DNA of 64,000 nt from Desulfatiglandales bacterium (GTDB taxonomy: Bacteria; Desulfobacterota; DSM-4660; Desulfatiglandales; Desulfatiglandaceae): NCBI GenBank assembly GCA_963662465.1, contig OY759599.1, positions 4,864,001 through 4,928,000 of the forward strand, read 5' to 3'. Below the pieces are notes generated by a model that was given only the letters and a program-made list of their open reading frames with translations, ran no database searches and had not been told where the DNA came from. This document shows positions 18,649 to 31,411 of the stretch, in pieces. The position numbers and the translations under genes were made by a program. The first letter of the stretch is position 1. Every line of letters starts with the position of its first letter.

Positions 18649-19711
18649 AAAATCCGTAAAAAGTGAAAAGCCCCCGTGGAAACGTCTGCTTTCGGAAAGC
18701 GTCGTGACCCTGGATGCACTGCCTCGACCCCCGGCCCACCGGGAAAAACTGGCGAGGGTCATTTCCCGGTATCCCATGCGCATCAACCCCTACTATCTCG
18801 GGCTCATTCAAGAAGAAAATGATCCCATATACCGGCAATGCGTGCCGGATATTCGTGAGATTGAAGATGTCGGGGGCGTGGTGGATCCCCTGCACGAAGA
18901 AGGGCATTCTCCGGTTTACGGGCTGACCCATCGGTATCCGGACCGGGTTCTCTTTCTGGTATCCGCGGAGTGCGCCATGTACTGCCGGTTCTGCAACCGG
19001 AAAAGAAAGGTGGGGCGCCCTTCAATGGTAACCGATGCGTCCATTGAGCAGGGAATTGATTATATCCGGGCGCACGAAGAAGTGCGGGATGTGCTTCTTT
19101 CCGGCGGGGATCCGCTGTTGCTGGAAGATGCCCGCCTGTGGGACATCCTGAGCGCCGTCCGTGCTATTTCGCACGTGGAAATCATACGGATCGGAACCCG
19201 GGTTCCCTGTACGCTGCCGCAGCGGGTCACACCGGAACTGGCCCGATTGCTTCAAAAATTTCATCCCCTCTATATAAATGTTCACTTCAATCATCCTGTT
19301 GAAATTACTTCCGAAGCCGCCGTGGCATGCAATCGCCTGGCCGATGCGGGGATACCCCTTGGATGCCAAACGGTCCTGCTGAAAGGGGTAAACGATAACC
19401 TCAAGATCATGGGGGCCCTGATGCGGAAACTCTTGACAATCAGGGTTAAACCCTATTATCTCTTTCATGGGGATCCGGCCCGGGGAACAAACCACTTCAG
19501 GACTTCGTTGAACCGGGGCTTGAATATCATGCGGGGGCTGCAAGGCCATACCTCCGGCCTTTCGGTCCCCCATTTTGCCATCGATCTTCTGGGCGGCGGC
19601 GGCAAGGTGCCGCTTTTGCCGGAATACCTTACGGGGCGGGACGGTGATGTTCTGCTGGCAACCAATTATGCAGGGAAACAGTACCGCCATCCCGATGGAA
19701 AGGATGATTGA
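18641..19711 (+). CDS. KamA family radical SAM lysine 2,3-aminomutase-like protein
   Basis: LTHRYPDRVL, CAMYCRFC, LSGGDPL, HFNHP, GGGGKVP PLP lysine; start set at ATG 18641. Confidence 0.9.
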   Translation: MDEKSVKSEKPPWKRLLSESVVTLDALPRPPAHREKLARVISRYPMRINPYYLGLIQEENDPIYRQCVPDIREIEDVGGVVDPLHEEGHSPVYGLTHRYPDRVLFLVSAECAMYCRFCNRKRKVGRPSMVTDASIEQGIDYIRAHEEVRDVLLSGGDPLLLEDARLWDILSAVRAISHVEIIRIGTRVPCTLPQRVTPELARLLQKFHPLYINVHFNHPVEITSEAAVACNRLADAGIPLGCQTVLLKGVNDNLKIMGALMRKLLTIRVKPYYLFHGDPARGTNHFRTSLNRGLNIMRGLQGHTSGLSVPHFAIDLLGGGGKVPLLPEYLTGRDGDVLLATNYAGKQYRHPDGKDD

Positions 19712-19740
19712 GGCGCCACAATAGGGAAGGAGATTCACAT

Positions 19741-21341
19741 ATGGTCAGAATTACGTGTTTGGGTGCAGCGGGAAGCGTTACCGGTTCCTGCTATCTGGTG
19801 GAATCGCCCAGTATGAAAAAAATCATGGTGGACTGTGGACTTTTTCAGGGTGGGAAACAGATGGAAAGCCGTAACTGGGAACCGTGGGGATTTGATCCCA
19901 AGGAAATTGAAATTCTGTTCCTTACCCACGCTCACGTGGACCATTGCGGTCGGATTCCAAAATTGGTAAAGGATGGATTTCAGGGGAAAATCATTACGTC
20001 TCCGCCCACCGCGGAATTATGTGAGATCATGCTGCTGGATGCGGCCCACATTCAGGAAATGGACGCCGAATGGCAGACCCGCAAAAATTCCCGTCAGGCC
20101 AAATTGGGGATTGAGCCCCTTTACACCACCGAGGATGCGGAAGCCAGTCTCAAGTACTTCAAGCCCCTGGAGAGAGACCAGATTTTGACCCTTGAACCGG
20201 GGGTGAAAGCCCGGCTGCGAAATGCGGGACATATCCTGGGCTCTTCCATTCTGGAACTGTGGATCGAGGAAAACGGTGAAACCATCAAGATCGTTTTTTC
20301 AGGTGATCTGGGCAAGAAGGACCAGTTGATTGTAAAGGATCCCCATGAGGTATTTGACGCCGACTATCTCTTTGTGGAGTCTACCTATGGGAATCGCCTC
20401 CACCGCAGTTTTGAAGATAGTAAATTGGAGTTGGTGGAAGCCATCAAATACAGCGTCAGCCATAACGAGAAAATTATTATTCCCGCCTTTGCAGTGGAGC
20501 GAACCCAGGAAATCCTCTATATTTTGGGAGAATTCCATCGACAGGGGCTTGTTCCCGATATCCCCATTTACCTGGATAGCCCCCTGGCCATCAAAGCGAC
20601 GAAAATATTCCGGGAAAATAAAAAATATTACGATGAAGAGGCAAGGGCCATTGTGGATGCGGGTTATGACCCTTTTGACATGCCCAATCTGAAATTTACC
20701 CTAACCACCCGTGAATCCATGGCCATCAATGAAAAGCCCGGGTCCGCCATCATCATTGCCGGCAGCGGCATGTGTACGGCGGGACGGATCAAGCACCACC
20801 TGAAGCACAATCTGTGGAGACCAGGCGCCAGCATCGTCATCGTGGGATTTCAGGCCAAAGGGACCACCGGAAGAAAAATCGTGGAGGGTGAAAAACAGGT
20901 CAAGATATTCCGGGAAAACGTGGCGGTCAGGGCAAAGGTTTTTCCCATCGGGGGATTTTCAGCCCACGCCGACCAGGCTGACCTCATTGAATGGGTTTCC
21001 CATTTTGAATCCAACCCGAAGGTTTTCATAGTACATGGCGAAGCCACGGCCAGCGAAACCCTGGCGCAGGTCATTCAGGAAAAACTCAACTTGATTACGC
21101 ATATCCCCAAGTGGAAAGAGCGCTTGATTCTTAAATTAAAAGAACTTTCGGTGGATGAACCGGCGCCCGAAAAAGAGGGTCCCGACATTAAAACCACTTT
21201 GCTCAACAACATCATCGATCTGGAAAATGAACTCAAGATTTTGCGGAAAAAACTGAAATCCGGAGAGCTTGACAAAGAGATCGGAGAAGAGCAAATCGAT
21301 CAGTTCCAGTATATTCAGGAAGAACTCAAATCTGTTCTCAT

Positions 21342-21345
<4 letters not shown>
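19741..21345 (+). CDS. MBL-fold beta-CASP ribonuclease-like hydrolase
   Basis: THAHVDHCG, AGHILGS, ESTYG, SGMCTAGRI, FSAHAD. Confidence 0.9.
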
Positions 21346-23266
<1,921 letters not shown>

Positions 23267-23268
23267 TT

Positions 23269-23967
23269 ATGTATTTAGATACCTTGATAGATTTATTAAA
23301 GAAAGAAGCTGAAGCCCGGGTGTTTCCGTGCATCCGGGAATTGATCATGGAAGGCCTTCATTCGGAGCGATTTTCTTCGGATGATTTGGTTCCTTCCCGG
23401 CAGGATATTACCCAGTTCGTGGCTGCCTGGTTCCGACACATCGGCATTCCGAAAGACCTTTGCCGGGAATGGATGATACCCTTCTGCACCGAACGTCTTT
23501 CCGCCATGAGTTCCAGTTCCCTTTCGCGGATTCGACACAGCACCAAATCCAACGTCAAATATATTTATAGATCCGAGGTTCCCTTTGAGTGCGGGGCCAA
23601 AAACAACCTCTTCAAGGCGTCATGTGCCGAAACCTGTCCCCTTTTCGACCAAATGACCGAAAAACATCAAAAGAAACTGGCGAAACAAGCGGAACAGGTA
23701 GAACGACGCTATGAACCCGAACGACTCGATCCAAAAGCGATTGAGGCCGGTAACGTCGCCGTTGGTTCGCTGAAGGAACAATACCAGGAACAGCTTGTCA
23801 AAGCCATGGAATTTGCGTGCGAAGAAGTAGCGAAAGGCGTCGCCAAAAAACATATTGTCAACATGTTAAATGAAAAGGGCTTTAAAACCCGAACTGGAAG
23901 AAGATGGAGCCAGGGCATTCTGAGCGGCGAATTAAAAAGGATCAGAGAAAAATCATCAAACCCGTGA
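23269..23967 (+). CDS. hypothetical protein: Cys-cluster primase-CTD-like domain plus recombinase-type helical C-terminus
   Basis: FPCI...ECG...SCAETCPL Cys pattern; IVNMLNEKGFKTRTGRRWS motif; fills the purA-mnmG gap exactly. Confidence 0.7.
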   Translation: MYLDTLIDLLKKEAEARVFPCIRELIMEGLHSERFSSDDLVPSRQDITQFVAAWFRHIGIPKDLCREWMIPFCTERLSAMSSSSLSRIRHSTKSNVKYIYRSEVPFECGAKNNLFKASCAETCPLFDQMTEKHQKKLAKQAEQVERRYEPERLDPKAIEAGNVAVGSLKEQYQEQLVKAMEFACEEVAKGVAKKHIVNMLNEKGFKTRTGRRWSQGILSGELKRIREKSSNP

Positions 23968-23988
23968 GCGGAACAATGAATTCTCATC

Positions 23989-25851
23989 ATGAACACCTAT
24001 AACAAACCATACGATGTGATCGTGGTGGGCGCTGGTCATGCCGGTTGCGAGGCGGCCCTTGCCGCCGCGAGAATGGGACACCCGACCCTGCTGTTGACCA
24101 TCAACCTGGATCATGTGGCGGCCATGAGCTGCAATCCGGCCATTGGCGGATTGGCCAAGGGACATCTGGTCAAGGAGATCGATGCCCTTGGCGGTGAAAT
24201 GGCTCGAAATACCGATGAAACGGGCATTCAGTTCCGGCGGCTTAATACGCGGAAAGGTCTGGCGGTCCAGGGGTCCCGTTCCCAGAATGACCGCGATCTG
24301 TACCGAAAACGCATGAAGCGGGTGGTTGAAAGTACGCCGAACCTGGATATTCGGCAAGCCATGGTGGATCGTTTGCTGGTCAAAGACGGAAAAGTTTACG
24401 GCATTGAAACCCGAATTCACGAAAAATTCCTCGGGCGTACGGTCATCCTGACCAGCGGCACTTTTCTGCGGGGTTTGATACACATCGGTCTGGATCATTT
24501 TTCAGGCGGACGCCTGGGAGATCCAGCCTCCACCCGATTGCCCGGGCAATTGATGGAACTTGGGTTTGAACTGGGCCGGCTGAAAACCGGCACTACCCCT
24601 CGCCTTAACGGCAGAACCATCGATTACAAGGGATTGGAGGCACAGCCGGGGGATGAAAACCCCAAACCCTTTTCTTTTACAACCACCCATATCCCTTTGC
24701 CCCAGGTACCCTGTCATATAACCTATACCAACGCCAAAACCCACGATATCATCCGTGAGGGACTGGACCGTTCCCCCCTTTACAGCGGCATCATCGAAGG
24801 AACCGGCGCCCGCTATTGCCCCTCCATTGAAGACAAAATCGTGCGATTTGCCGATAAAGAGCGGCATCAGGTTTTTCTTGAACCGGAAGGACTGGAGACC
24901 CTTGAAATCTATCCCAACGGCCTGCCCACAAGCCTTCCCGTTGATATCCAGATCCGAATGATTCGCTCCATTCCGGGTCTGGAAAAGGCGGAAATTCTGC
25001 GTCCCGGTTATGCCATTGAATATGACTACATCGATCCGCTTCAACTGAAACCCACTCAGGAAACCAAACGGGTGTCCGGCCTGTTTCACGCCGGTCAGAT
25101 CAATGGGACCTCGGGGTACGAGGAAGCGGCGGCCCAGGGACTTTTGGCAGGCATCAATGCAGTTAAGAAGGTTCGTGGCGAGGCGCCGCTGATTCTTTCC
25201 CGATCAGAGGCCTATACCGGCGTACTCATTGACGATCTGGTGACAAAGGGCACCAAGGAGCCCTACCGGATGTTCACCTCTCGGGCGGAGTACCGTCTCC
25301 TTCTAAGAGAAGACAACGCCGATTTTAGGCTGCGGGATCTGGGGTATGACCTGGGGCTGGTGTCGCCGGAGGTTTACGCGAACTTTTGTCGAAAAAGAGA
25401 ACGGGTGCAAAACCTGCTGGAACGATTGAAGGAAACCCAGTTGAAACCCAGCCCCGGAATCCAGGACAAACTGAAAGAATTGGGAACGGCGCCCATCAAA
25501 AAAGCCACGTCCCTTGAACAACTGCTGAAACGGCCCGATATCTTTTTTGAACACCTCCATTTTTTTGACCCGGCACTGTCCAATGAAGATGAGGCCGTGT
25601 CAATGGAAGTGGAAACATCCGTGAAATATGACGGGTATATTCAGCGGCAGGAAAAACAGGTTGAAAAGATGAAGCATTTGGAGGCGGAGAGACTTCCCGA
25701 GGGAATCGATTACACAGCCGTTTACGGGTTGACCAACGAGGTGAGAGAGAAGCTCGGCAGGGTCAGACCCCTGTCCCTGGGGCAGGCTGCCAGGATTTCG
25801 GGGGTGACCCCGGCCGCCATCATGGCCATCCAGATACACCTGAAACGATGA
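23989..25851 (+). CDS. mnmG: tRNA uridine-5-carboxymethylaminomethyl(34) synthesis enzyme MnmG
   Basis: [44 protein letters not shown]. Confidence 0.97.
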   Translation: MNTYNKPYDVIVVGAGHAGCEAALAAARMGHPTLLLTINLDHVAAMSCNPAIGGLAKGHLVKEIDALGGEMARNTDETGIQFRRLNTRKGLAVQGSRSQNDRDLYRKRMKRVVESTPNLDIRQAMVDRLLVKDGKVYGIETRIHEKFLGRTVILTSGTFLRGLIHIGLDHFSGGRLGDPASTRLPGQLMELGFELGRLKTGTTPRLNGRTIDYKGLEAQPGDENPKPFSFTTTHIPLPQVPCHITYTNAKTHDIIREGLDRSPLYSGIIEGTGARYCPSIEDKIVRFADKERHQVFLEPEGLETLEIYPNGLPTSLPVDIQIRMIRSIPGLEKAEILRPGYAIEYDYIDPLQLKPTQETKRVSGLFHAGQINGTSGYEEAAAQGLLAGINAVKKVRGEAPLILSRSEAYTGVLIDDLVTKGTKEPYRMFTSRAEYRLLLREDNADFRLRDLGYDLGLVSPEVYANFCRKRERVQNLLERLKETQLKPSPGIQDKLKELGTAPIKKATSLEQLLKRPDIFFEHLHFFDPALSNEDEAVSMEVETSVKYDGYIQRQEKQVEKMKHLEAERLPEGIDYTAVYGLTNEVREKLGRVRPLSLGQAARISGVTPAAIMAIQIHLKR

Positions 25852-27113
25852 TGAAAAGTCCTACGCACAGGTTTTTTTTTCTGGGAATATCCTTACTTTT
25901 GATCATTGGCGGATGTGGGGATGAACCGGTTTCCTCGAGGGAAAACGATGCCGCTGAAAAAAAGATGTCAGTGGATGGGAATCGGGGCGTTACCGTCCAA
26001 ATTGTTGAGGCGATTCCTCCTAAGGGACATATCGAATATGTGGGGGTCCTTGAGGCCTATCTTAAGGCGAAGGTTTCCAATGAAATCGGCGGAATGATCG
26101 AGGGGCTCTACTTTGAGAAAGGGGATCGGGTTCAAAAGGGCAACCGTTTGGCGGAAATCGGCAGCAGCAGCATGCGTCTTCAGGTGCGTGAAGCCGGCGC
26201 CTTAAGGGAGGCCGCGAAAAGCAATCTGAAAAAAATGGAAACCGGCAGCCGACCCCAGGAAATTCAAATTGCCGCGGCAACTGTAACGGAAGCGGAAGCG
26301 GCCCTCTCCGAAGCGGGAAAAAACTTCAAACGGATTGCCCGGCTTCATGAAATTCGCGCTGTTTCCAACAGCGACTACGACTCGGCGGAACGGCAGATGA
26401 GTACTGCCAATGCCAGGATGGCATCAGCAAAGCAGCAGCTTTCCCTGGCACAGCAGGGTCCGCGCGACGAAGATGTGGCTTCGGCCAGGGCCCAACTGGG
26501 GCAGGCGGAAGCCGCCATGGCACTGGCGGAGGACCGATTGAAAAAGTCCATCATTTGCGCCCCCTGTGCCGGAACCATTGCCTATCGGAGGGTAGAAGAG
26601 GGGGAGGTCATCCCGGCGGGGACCGCCATTACATCTGTGATTGGGCTGGATCAGCTTAAAATAAAGATTTCCCTGAACGAAAGGGACCTTCACATCCTCG
26701 AAAGCAGAAAACAGTTTGATGTTACGGTGGATGCGATTCCCGGTGAAAACTTTTCAGCCCGGGTTTTCTTCGTTTCTCCCACAGCCGAATCCAACACCCG
26801 GTTCTTTCCACTGGAACTGATGGTGGAACAAGTCGACCCTCGCATGGCGGATGGGATGACGGCGAGAATAAAATTTCCCATTGTGGGCAAACGGAAATCC
26901 CTCAAAATTCCCGCAAGCTGGTTGGCCGAGGAAAACGGGGCGGTGGGTCTCTTTGTTGAAACCAATGGCAAAGCGCTTTTTAAACCGGTTCGTATGGGGT
27001 CCTATTACGACAATCGGGTGGAAATTCTCTCAGGCCTGGAAAACAGGGAACGGGTTATTACCAATCCCGCCGGGCTCAGGAATGGCGATCCGGTGGATAT
27101 CATAGCGCATTAA
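25848..27113 (+). CDS. efflux RND/HlyD-family periplasmic adaptor lipoprotein
   Basis: lipobox-like [14 protein letters not shown] lipoyl half, long coiled coil, [12 protein letters not shown]. Confidence 0.85.
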   Translation: MMKSPTHRFFFLGISLLLIIGGCGDEPVSSRENDAAEKKMSVDGNRGVTVQIVEAIPPKGHIEYVGVLEAYLKAKVSNEIGGMIEGLYFEKGDRVQKGNRLAEIGSSSMRLQVREAGALREAAKSNLKKMETGSRPQEIQIAAATVTEAEAALSEAGKNFKRIARLHEIRAVSNSDYDSAERQMSTANARMASAKQQLSLAQQGPRDEDVASARAQLGQAEAAMALAEDRLKKSIICAPCAGTIAYRRVEEGEVIPAGTAITSVIGLDQLKIKISLNERDLHILESRKQFDVTVDAIPGENFSARVFFVSPTAESNTRFFPLELMVEQVDPRMADGMTARIKFPIVGKRKSLKIPASWLAEENGAVGLFVETNGKALFKPVRMGSYYDNRVEILSGLENRERVITNPAGLRNGDPVDIIAH

Positions 27114-27146
27114 GCTTTAGAGATCTAAGAGGATGGAGGCAAGCTC

Positions 27147-27482
27147 ATGAAGATTAGCAATATCGGCCGGAAAAAGGATTTTATCGTGATTGCGGTTGAA
27201 GGACGGATGGACGCTGTTTCCGCGCCGGAATTTGAAAAATTTCTCAATAACCTCATTGCGGATGGTGCGATACGGATCATCGTGAATTTTGAAGCCCTTG
27301 ACTATATCAGCAGTGCGGGTCTTCGAAGCGTTTTGATTACCGCTAAAAAAATTCAGAGCAAGGGCGGGGAAATTCTGGTGGTGTCCCTTCGAGACACGGT
27401 CAAGGAAATATTTGAAATATCGGGGTTCAGCACCATTATTCCCATCCATGGGTCCGTGGATACTGCCCTTAAAACCCCTTGA
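27147..27482 (+). CDS. STAS-domain anti-sigma-factor antagonist
   Basis: GRMDAVSA, LDYISSAGLR phosphoserine motif, VKEIFEISG. Confidence 0.92.
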   Translation: MKISNIGRKKDFIVIAVEGRMDAVSAPEFEKFLNNLIADGAIRIIVNFEALDYISSAGLRSVLITAKKIQSKGGEILVVSLRDTVKEIFEISGFSTIIPIHGSVDTALKTP

Positions 27483-27521
27483 TGTAATACCCTTCATCTT
27501 TTGATGGCCTCCAAAAATCCG

Positions 27522-27589
27522 TTGACAAAAACTGGATCAAGGCCCATGTTGGAATCCGGTCATTTTCAACAATTGATCCCGCAGTTTTT
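27522..27589 (+). promoter_or_regulatory. putative TA promoter with inverted-repeat operator
   Basis: TTGACA at 27522; imperfect inverted repeat AAAAACTGGATCAA / TTGATC(ccg)CAGTTTTT. Confidence 0.35.
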
Positions 27590-27606
27590 TTCATGGAGAA
27601 ATAATT

Positions 27607-27912
27607 ATGATAAGACTTGAAATAAAATCCGATTTTGAAGATGCTGAATCACTTATCAGGTCAGCAGTTTATTCCGAGATAAAAAGGTTTGAAATAGGAC
27701 TAAACAGAACCGACAGGGAAATCAGAAAATTTGAAGACAAATATCAGATATCTTCCGACATATTTGTCAAAAAATATACGGCTGAGGATATGGATGGCGG
27801 AGATGATGAGTATGTTAGTTGGATGGGAGAGATAAAAATTAGGCGGAAGATTGCTGGAGAACTAAGCAGACTAAAAGAGACAGAATATGTTGCTCAGCGA
27901 ATATCTGCATGA
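27607..27912 (+). CDS. probable antitoxin (small acidic protein upstream of a DUF6516 gene)
   Basis: IRKFEDKYQISSDIF...GDDEYVSW pattern typical of small TA partners; overlaps the next gene; AT-richer than the flanks. Confidence 0.6.
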   Translation: MIRLEIKSDFEDAESLIRSAVYSEIKRFEIGLNRTDREIRKFEDKYQISSDIFVKKYTAEDMDGGDDEYVSWMGEIKIRRKIAGELSRLKETEYVAQRISA

Positions 27913-28270
27913 AATCACGGAAACAGTCGGAGAACTGGCAGAAACGGGTTTGATCCTGTCCTCCGAGCTAACCGCCGATTTCAGGACAAAAAAGATCGGT
28001 CTGATAAAAGGTGTGCTGTCATTTTCCGACGACTCGAAACTTTTTTTCAGAGAATACCTTGATCTGCGTTATAAAACCGAAAAAGAGACTTATTCTTTCC
28101 ACTATCAGAATCAGAACGGCGGTTTAATATTCCGCTACGACAATGCCGCCCACAAGCCTTCCCCCGGTTTCACAGATCACAAACATGTCGGAGAACAGGT
28201 TGTTCAGGCCGAAATTCCAAATCTGAGAGAAGTTTTGGAAGAAATCATAAATGACCACCTGACAGTATAA
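27887..28270 (+). CDS. DUF6516 / TumE-like toxin
   Basis: YSFHYQ...LIFRYDNAAH...HKH motif. Confidence 0.7.
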   Translation: MLLSEYLHEITETVGELAETGLILSSELTADFRTKKIGLIKGVLSFSDDSKLFFREYLDLRYKTEKETYSFHYQNQNGGLIFRYDNAAHKPSPGFTDHKHVGEQVVQAEIPNLREVLEEIINDHLTV

Positions 28271-28388
28271 TATTTGAAAACTTTTGGCGAATTCAACGCT
28301 GCTCGTGCCAAGGTAAACCCAAAACCTTGGGAACACATGTAAAACGGGATGAAATTGATTATCGTTGCCAAAAAAGAAGATGGCGATG

Positions 28389-28475
28389 GCGAACCACAAG
28401 CGCTCCACCAAACGCCTGATGCTTCAGCGGTTCCAGCGGGGGCCGGTGGAGGCGCTGGTGACCTTAACGTTGGAA
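28389..28475 (+). mobile_element. degenerate integron attC-like site
   Basis: CCAC-AAGCGCTCCACCAAACGCCT ... AGGCGCTGGTGACCTTAAC-GTTGGAA: imperfect stem with an extrahelical base and a GTT R' box; R'' imperfect. Confidence 0.45.
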
Positions 28476-28536
28476 CGCTGAATTCACGGATGAACTTCGA
28501 GGAAGAGGAAAGGTGTTTGAAGGACGGTATCAAACC

Positions 28537-28962
28537 ATGACGAAAATTGTGCTGCCGGCCAAGATGGAAAACCTCGAAAAGTCGCTTGAATTTATTGATG
28601 ACCAGGCATGCTCTTTAGGATTTCTCCATCGACGGATTGGGGAAATTCGACTAGCCGCGGAAGAGGTTCTGGTCAATATCTTTTGCTACGCTTACCCGAA
28701 GGCGGACGGTGATGTCGCCATCTATTGTCATGGGGAGAATGATGTTTTCATTCTTGAGATTCTGGATCGGGGCATTCCGTTTAACATTCTGGCGGCGCCC
28801 GGTCCGGATGTCCAAGCCTGCCTGGATGACCGTTGCGTGGGGGGGTTGGGGATCCATTTTGTAAAGCAGATGACAACCGAAACCCGGTATGTGAGGGAGA
28901 AAGGGCAAAATCGGTTGATTCTGATTTTTGGAAAGTATCGTCAAAAACAGCACCCTTTATGA
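28537..28962 (+). CDS. RsbW-like anti-sigma factor / serine kinase (HATPase_c_2)
   Basis: LAAEEVLVNIFCYAY, DRGIPFN, GGLGIHFV. Confidence 0.88.
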   Translation: MTKIVLPAKMENLEKSLEFIDDQACSLGFLHRRIGEIRLAAEEVLVNIFCYAYPKADGDVAIYCHGENDVFILEILDRGIPFNILAAPGPDVQACLDDRCVGGLGIHFVKQMTTETRYVREKGQNRLILIFGKYRQKQHPL

Positions 28963-28975
28963 AAGGATAGAAAAA

Positions 28976-29689
28976 ATGGCATCGGTAGAATGGACCATGG
29001 ATGGAGAAGTAGCGCTGGTCACCTTAAATGATGGCGAAAATCGTTTTAACCCGGATTTTCTTGAAGGCTTTTTAGGCGTGCTGGACCGGATTGAAATGGA
29101 AACAGACGCCAACGCGCTGGTGGTGACCTCGTCGCATGAAAAGATTTTTTCAAACGGGATTGATCTGGATTGGCTGCTTCCCCATATTCAGAAGGGGGAT
29201 CTGGAAACGGCAAAGGGTTTTTTTTATACCATGAATCGCCTTTTCAGGCGGCTCCTGCTCTATCCCATGCCCACGGTTTGCGCCATTTCCGGTCATGCCT
29301 TTGCCGGGGGCGCCATCATGAGTTGCGCTTTTGATTTTCGGTTCATGCGGTCTGACCGGGGGTTTTTCTGTTTTCCGGAGGTGGATTTAGGGATTCCATT
29401 TCTGCCCGGTATGATTGCATTGATCCTGAAAGCCATTCCCCAATACAAATTCGAGGAACTCCAGTACTCGGGTAAACGGGCCACGGCAGACGAGTGTGAA
29501 GCTCATCATATTATCAGGAAAGCCTGCCATATGGATGATTTGATGAATGAGGCTTTAGACTTTGCCAAGGGGCTCAATAAGCGGCGGGAGATCATTTCCG
29601 AAATGAAAAAGCGGATGTATCAACATATTGTTCATGCCTTTGATGTGGAAGACCCCCCGGTCATCGATTCCGGAAAGTTTAATGTTTGA
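28976..29689 (+). CDS. enoyl-CoA hydratase/isomerase family protein
   Basis: FSNGIDL, AISGHAFAGG, FCFPEVDLG; start at ATG 28976 after AAGGA. Confidence 0.9.
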   Translation: MASVEWTMDGEVALVTLNDGENRFNPDFLEGFLGVLDRIEMETDANALVVTSSHEKIFSNGIDLDWLLPHIQKGDLETAKGFFYTMNRLFRRLLLYPMPTVCAISGHAFAGGAIMSCAFDFRFMRSDRGFFCFPEVDLGIPFLPGMIALILKAIPQYKFEELQYSGKRATADECEAHHIIRKACHMDDLMNEALDFAKGLNKRREIISEMKKRMYQHIVHAFDVEDPPVIDSGKFNV

Positions 29690-29874
29690 TTTAAAACTCC
29701 AATCCGTTCAGTCGGGGATATCTGAAAATGTGGGGAAGACATTGCAACCAGGAGAACGCGAGCCACGAGGATTTCTGGGAATTTGTTGACAAGCCCTTGC
29801 TGAAGCTGCTCTGCCAAACCACTCCCTTTCATCATTTTTCCATTATATACCGTTGATTTAATTTCAATTTGTAT

Positions 29875-29903
29875 TTGACTCGACTAAAATTGAATGGTAT
29901 TTT
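29875..29903 (+). promoter_or_regulatory. putative sigma70 promoter of the caspase operon
   Basis: TTGACT-17 bp-TATTTT with TG extended -10. Confidence 0.45.
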
Positions 29904-29925
29904 GCGGGTGAAATAATGAGGCGCT

Positions 29926-31347
29926 TTGACAAAAGCGTCAACGATGTTTCATGGGAGCAAAATGAAAAGATCTATTATTAAAGTTTTGGGACTTGCTTCA
30001 CTGACTGTCTTTTTTCTGGTTTTTCACATTGACCTGGCAGAACCTTCCGAAAATGCTCATGAATCAAGGTTCTCAGACCTTTCCACTTTGACCGATTGCT
30101 TTTCAACAGACATATCAAAAGATTTGCACGGGAAAAAACTCTATTTTGACAATACCTGCGTCAGGGAAGTGGGCGCCCAAAAGATTTCCAACTTTTCATT
30201 ATACCTTCAAAACGAGCTGGAGTCTTCTTTCAGTAGCCATGGATTTATCATGGTTTATGAACCGTCGGATGCAGAATATCTCATTGGCGCCAACTACCAG
30301 AGATTGGAAGACAGGGTCCGGGTCTTTTTTAAATATCATCAAGCGGATCTTTCGGGCAAAAAGAGCAGGGTTTACGAAATTCTGAAATCAAGTCTTCCGA
30401 AAAATGCCTTTGAAGAATCCATCCAGACCAAAGCCTATGACCTTGCATCGGGTATTCTCAGCGGACAAAAGCCCTTGAGGGTTTACGTGAGGCCACTCTT
30501 GGAAGAACAGAGTCGGTATACAACGAATTTTTCAAACTCATTTACCTCCAGGATCAAGTGTGCAATGCTCAGACTTGGCAAAGGCACGCAGATCATCGAC
30601 GAAAAACCCATTTCTCAAGAAGCTTTCAGCGTTTCTTGCTCCGATGCCGATGCCGTTCTGGATGGCGTCTATTTCGACCGGGGCGAGGTCGTTTGCGTGA
30701 ATTTGTACCTGAGAGATCTTGAAGGCAAAATTCTGGCGTCTTCCATTGTAGATATCAGCAAGTCTCTCATTAAATCCAGTATGGAAAATAAGACGGTAAA
30801 AAAGTTGATTGACTTCCTGGATCCACCACCGAACTCGGGTGATTTCAATGTGAAAATCACCACCCCGAAAGGAAAGGATTACGCCATCTATTCAAGTGGA
30901 GAAAGAATTCGTTTTCAAATTCAAGTGGCAGATCCGCTTTATGTTTATCTCTATGCTATCAACTCCAAAGGAAATGTTTCGATTCTGTTTCCCCATGGGA
31001 AACAAGGGTCTCATCAGAAAATGGCTCCGGGAAAGCTTTATACCATTCCAGCAAAAAATAGTGACTTTGAAATTGAAGTGAAGCCCCCCTTCGGAATTGA
31101 AGCCGTGAAGGTTTTTGCATCCCGCCTCATAATATCGTTGCCGAATCTCGAAGAAAGCAAGGCCTCCCAAAGCTACAACGGGGCATGGCGGGTCGAGGGA
31201 GAAAAACGCCTGCAGGTGCAAAAAGCCCTTTCTCACATGAAAAGCATCAATCCCAAGGATCTTGTGGATTTTTTCAGAGGGACCGCAAACAGAATGAATT
31301 TTTCTTTGTATGAGGACAGCTTGTTGCTTGAAACTAGAGAAAAATAG
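29926..31347 (+). CDS. exported protein with two FlgO/CsgG-like domains and a C-terminal DUF4384 domain
   Basis: signal/TM N-terminus; FSLYLQNELES and ADAVLDGVY..VNLYLRD..GKILAS; YSSGERIRF..YVYLY..LFP..PPFGIEAVKVFAS matches the DUF4384 pattern. Confidence 0.7.
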   Translation: MTKASTMFHGSKMKRSIIKVLGLASLTVFFLVFHIDLAEPSENAHESRFSDLSTLTDCFSTDISKDLHGKKLYFDNTCVREVGAQKISNFSLYLQNELESSFSSHGFIMVYEPSDAEYLIGANYQRLEDRVRVFFKYHQADLSGKKSRVYEILKSSLPKNAFEESIQTKAYDLASGILSGQKPLRVYVRPLLEEQSRYTTNFSNSFTSRIKCAMLRLGKGTQIIDEKPISQEAFSVSCSDADAVLDGVYFDRGEVVCVNLYLRDLEGKILASSIVDISKSLIKSSMENKTVKKLIDFLDPPPNSGDFNVKITTPKGKDYAIYSSGERIRFQIQVADPLYVYLYAINSKGNVSILFPHGKQGSHQKMAPGKLYTIPAKNSDFEIEVKPPFGIEAVKVFASRLIISLPNLEESKASQSYNGAWRVEGEKRLQVQKALSHMKSINPKDLVDFFRGTANRMNFSLYEDSLLLETREK

Positions 31348-31411
31348 CACTTTTTGTCGTGCAAATGGCTGTCTGATGGTACGGATCAACCCATTGAGAG
31401 AGGAGGGCCGA

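Noticed and set aside
28349..28540. 63-aa ORF
   Set aside because: No motif; spans the attC-like hairpin and is probably spurious
29632..29835. Possible missing 3' half of the truncated MBL gene or an att site at the island's left edge
   Set aside because: No MBL motifs in the frames I read and no direct repeat shared with ~44490
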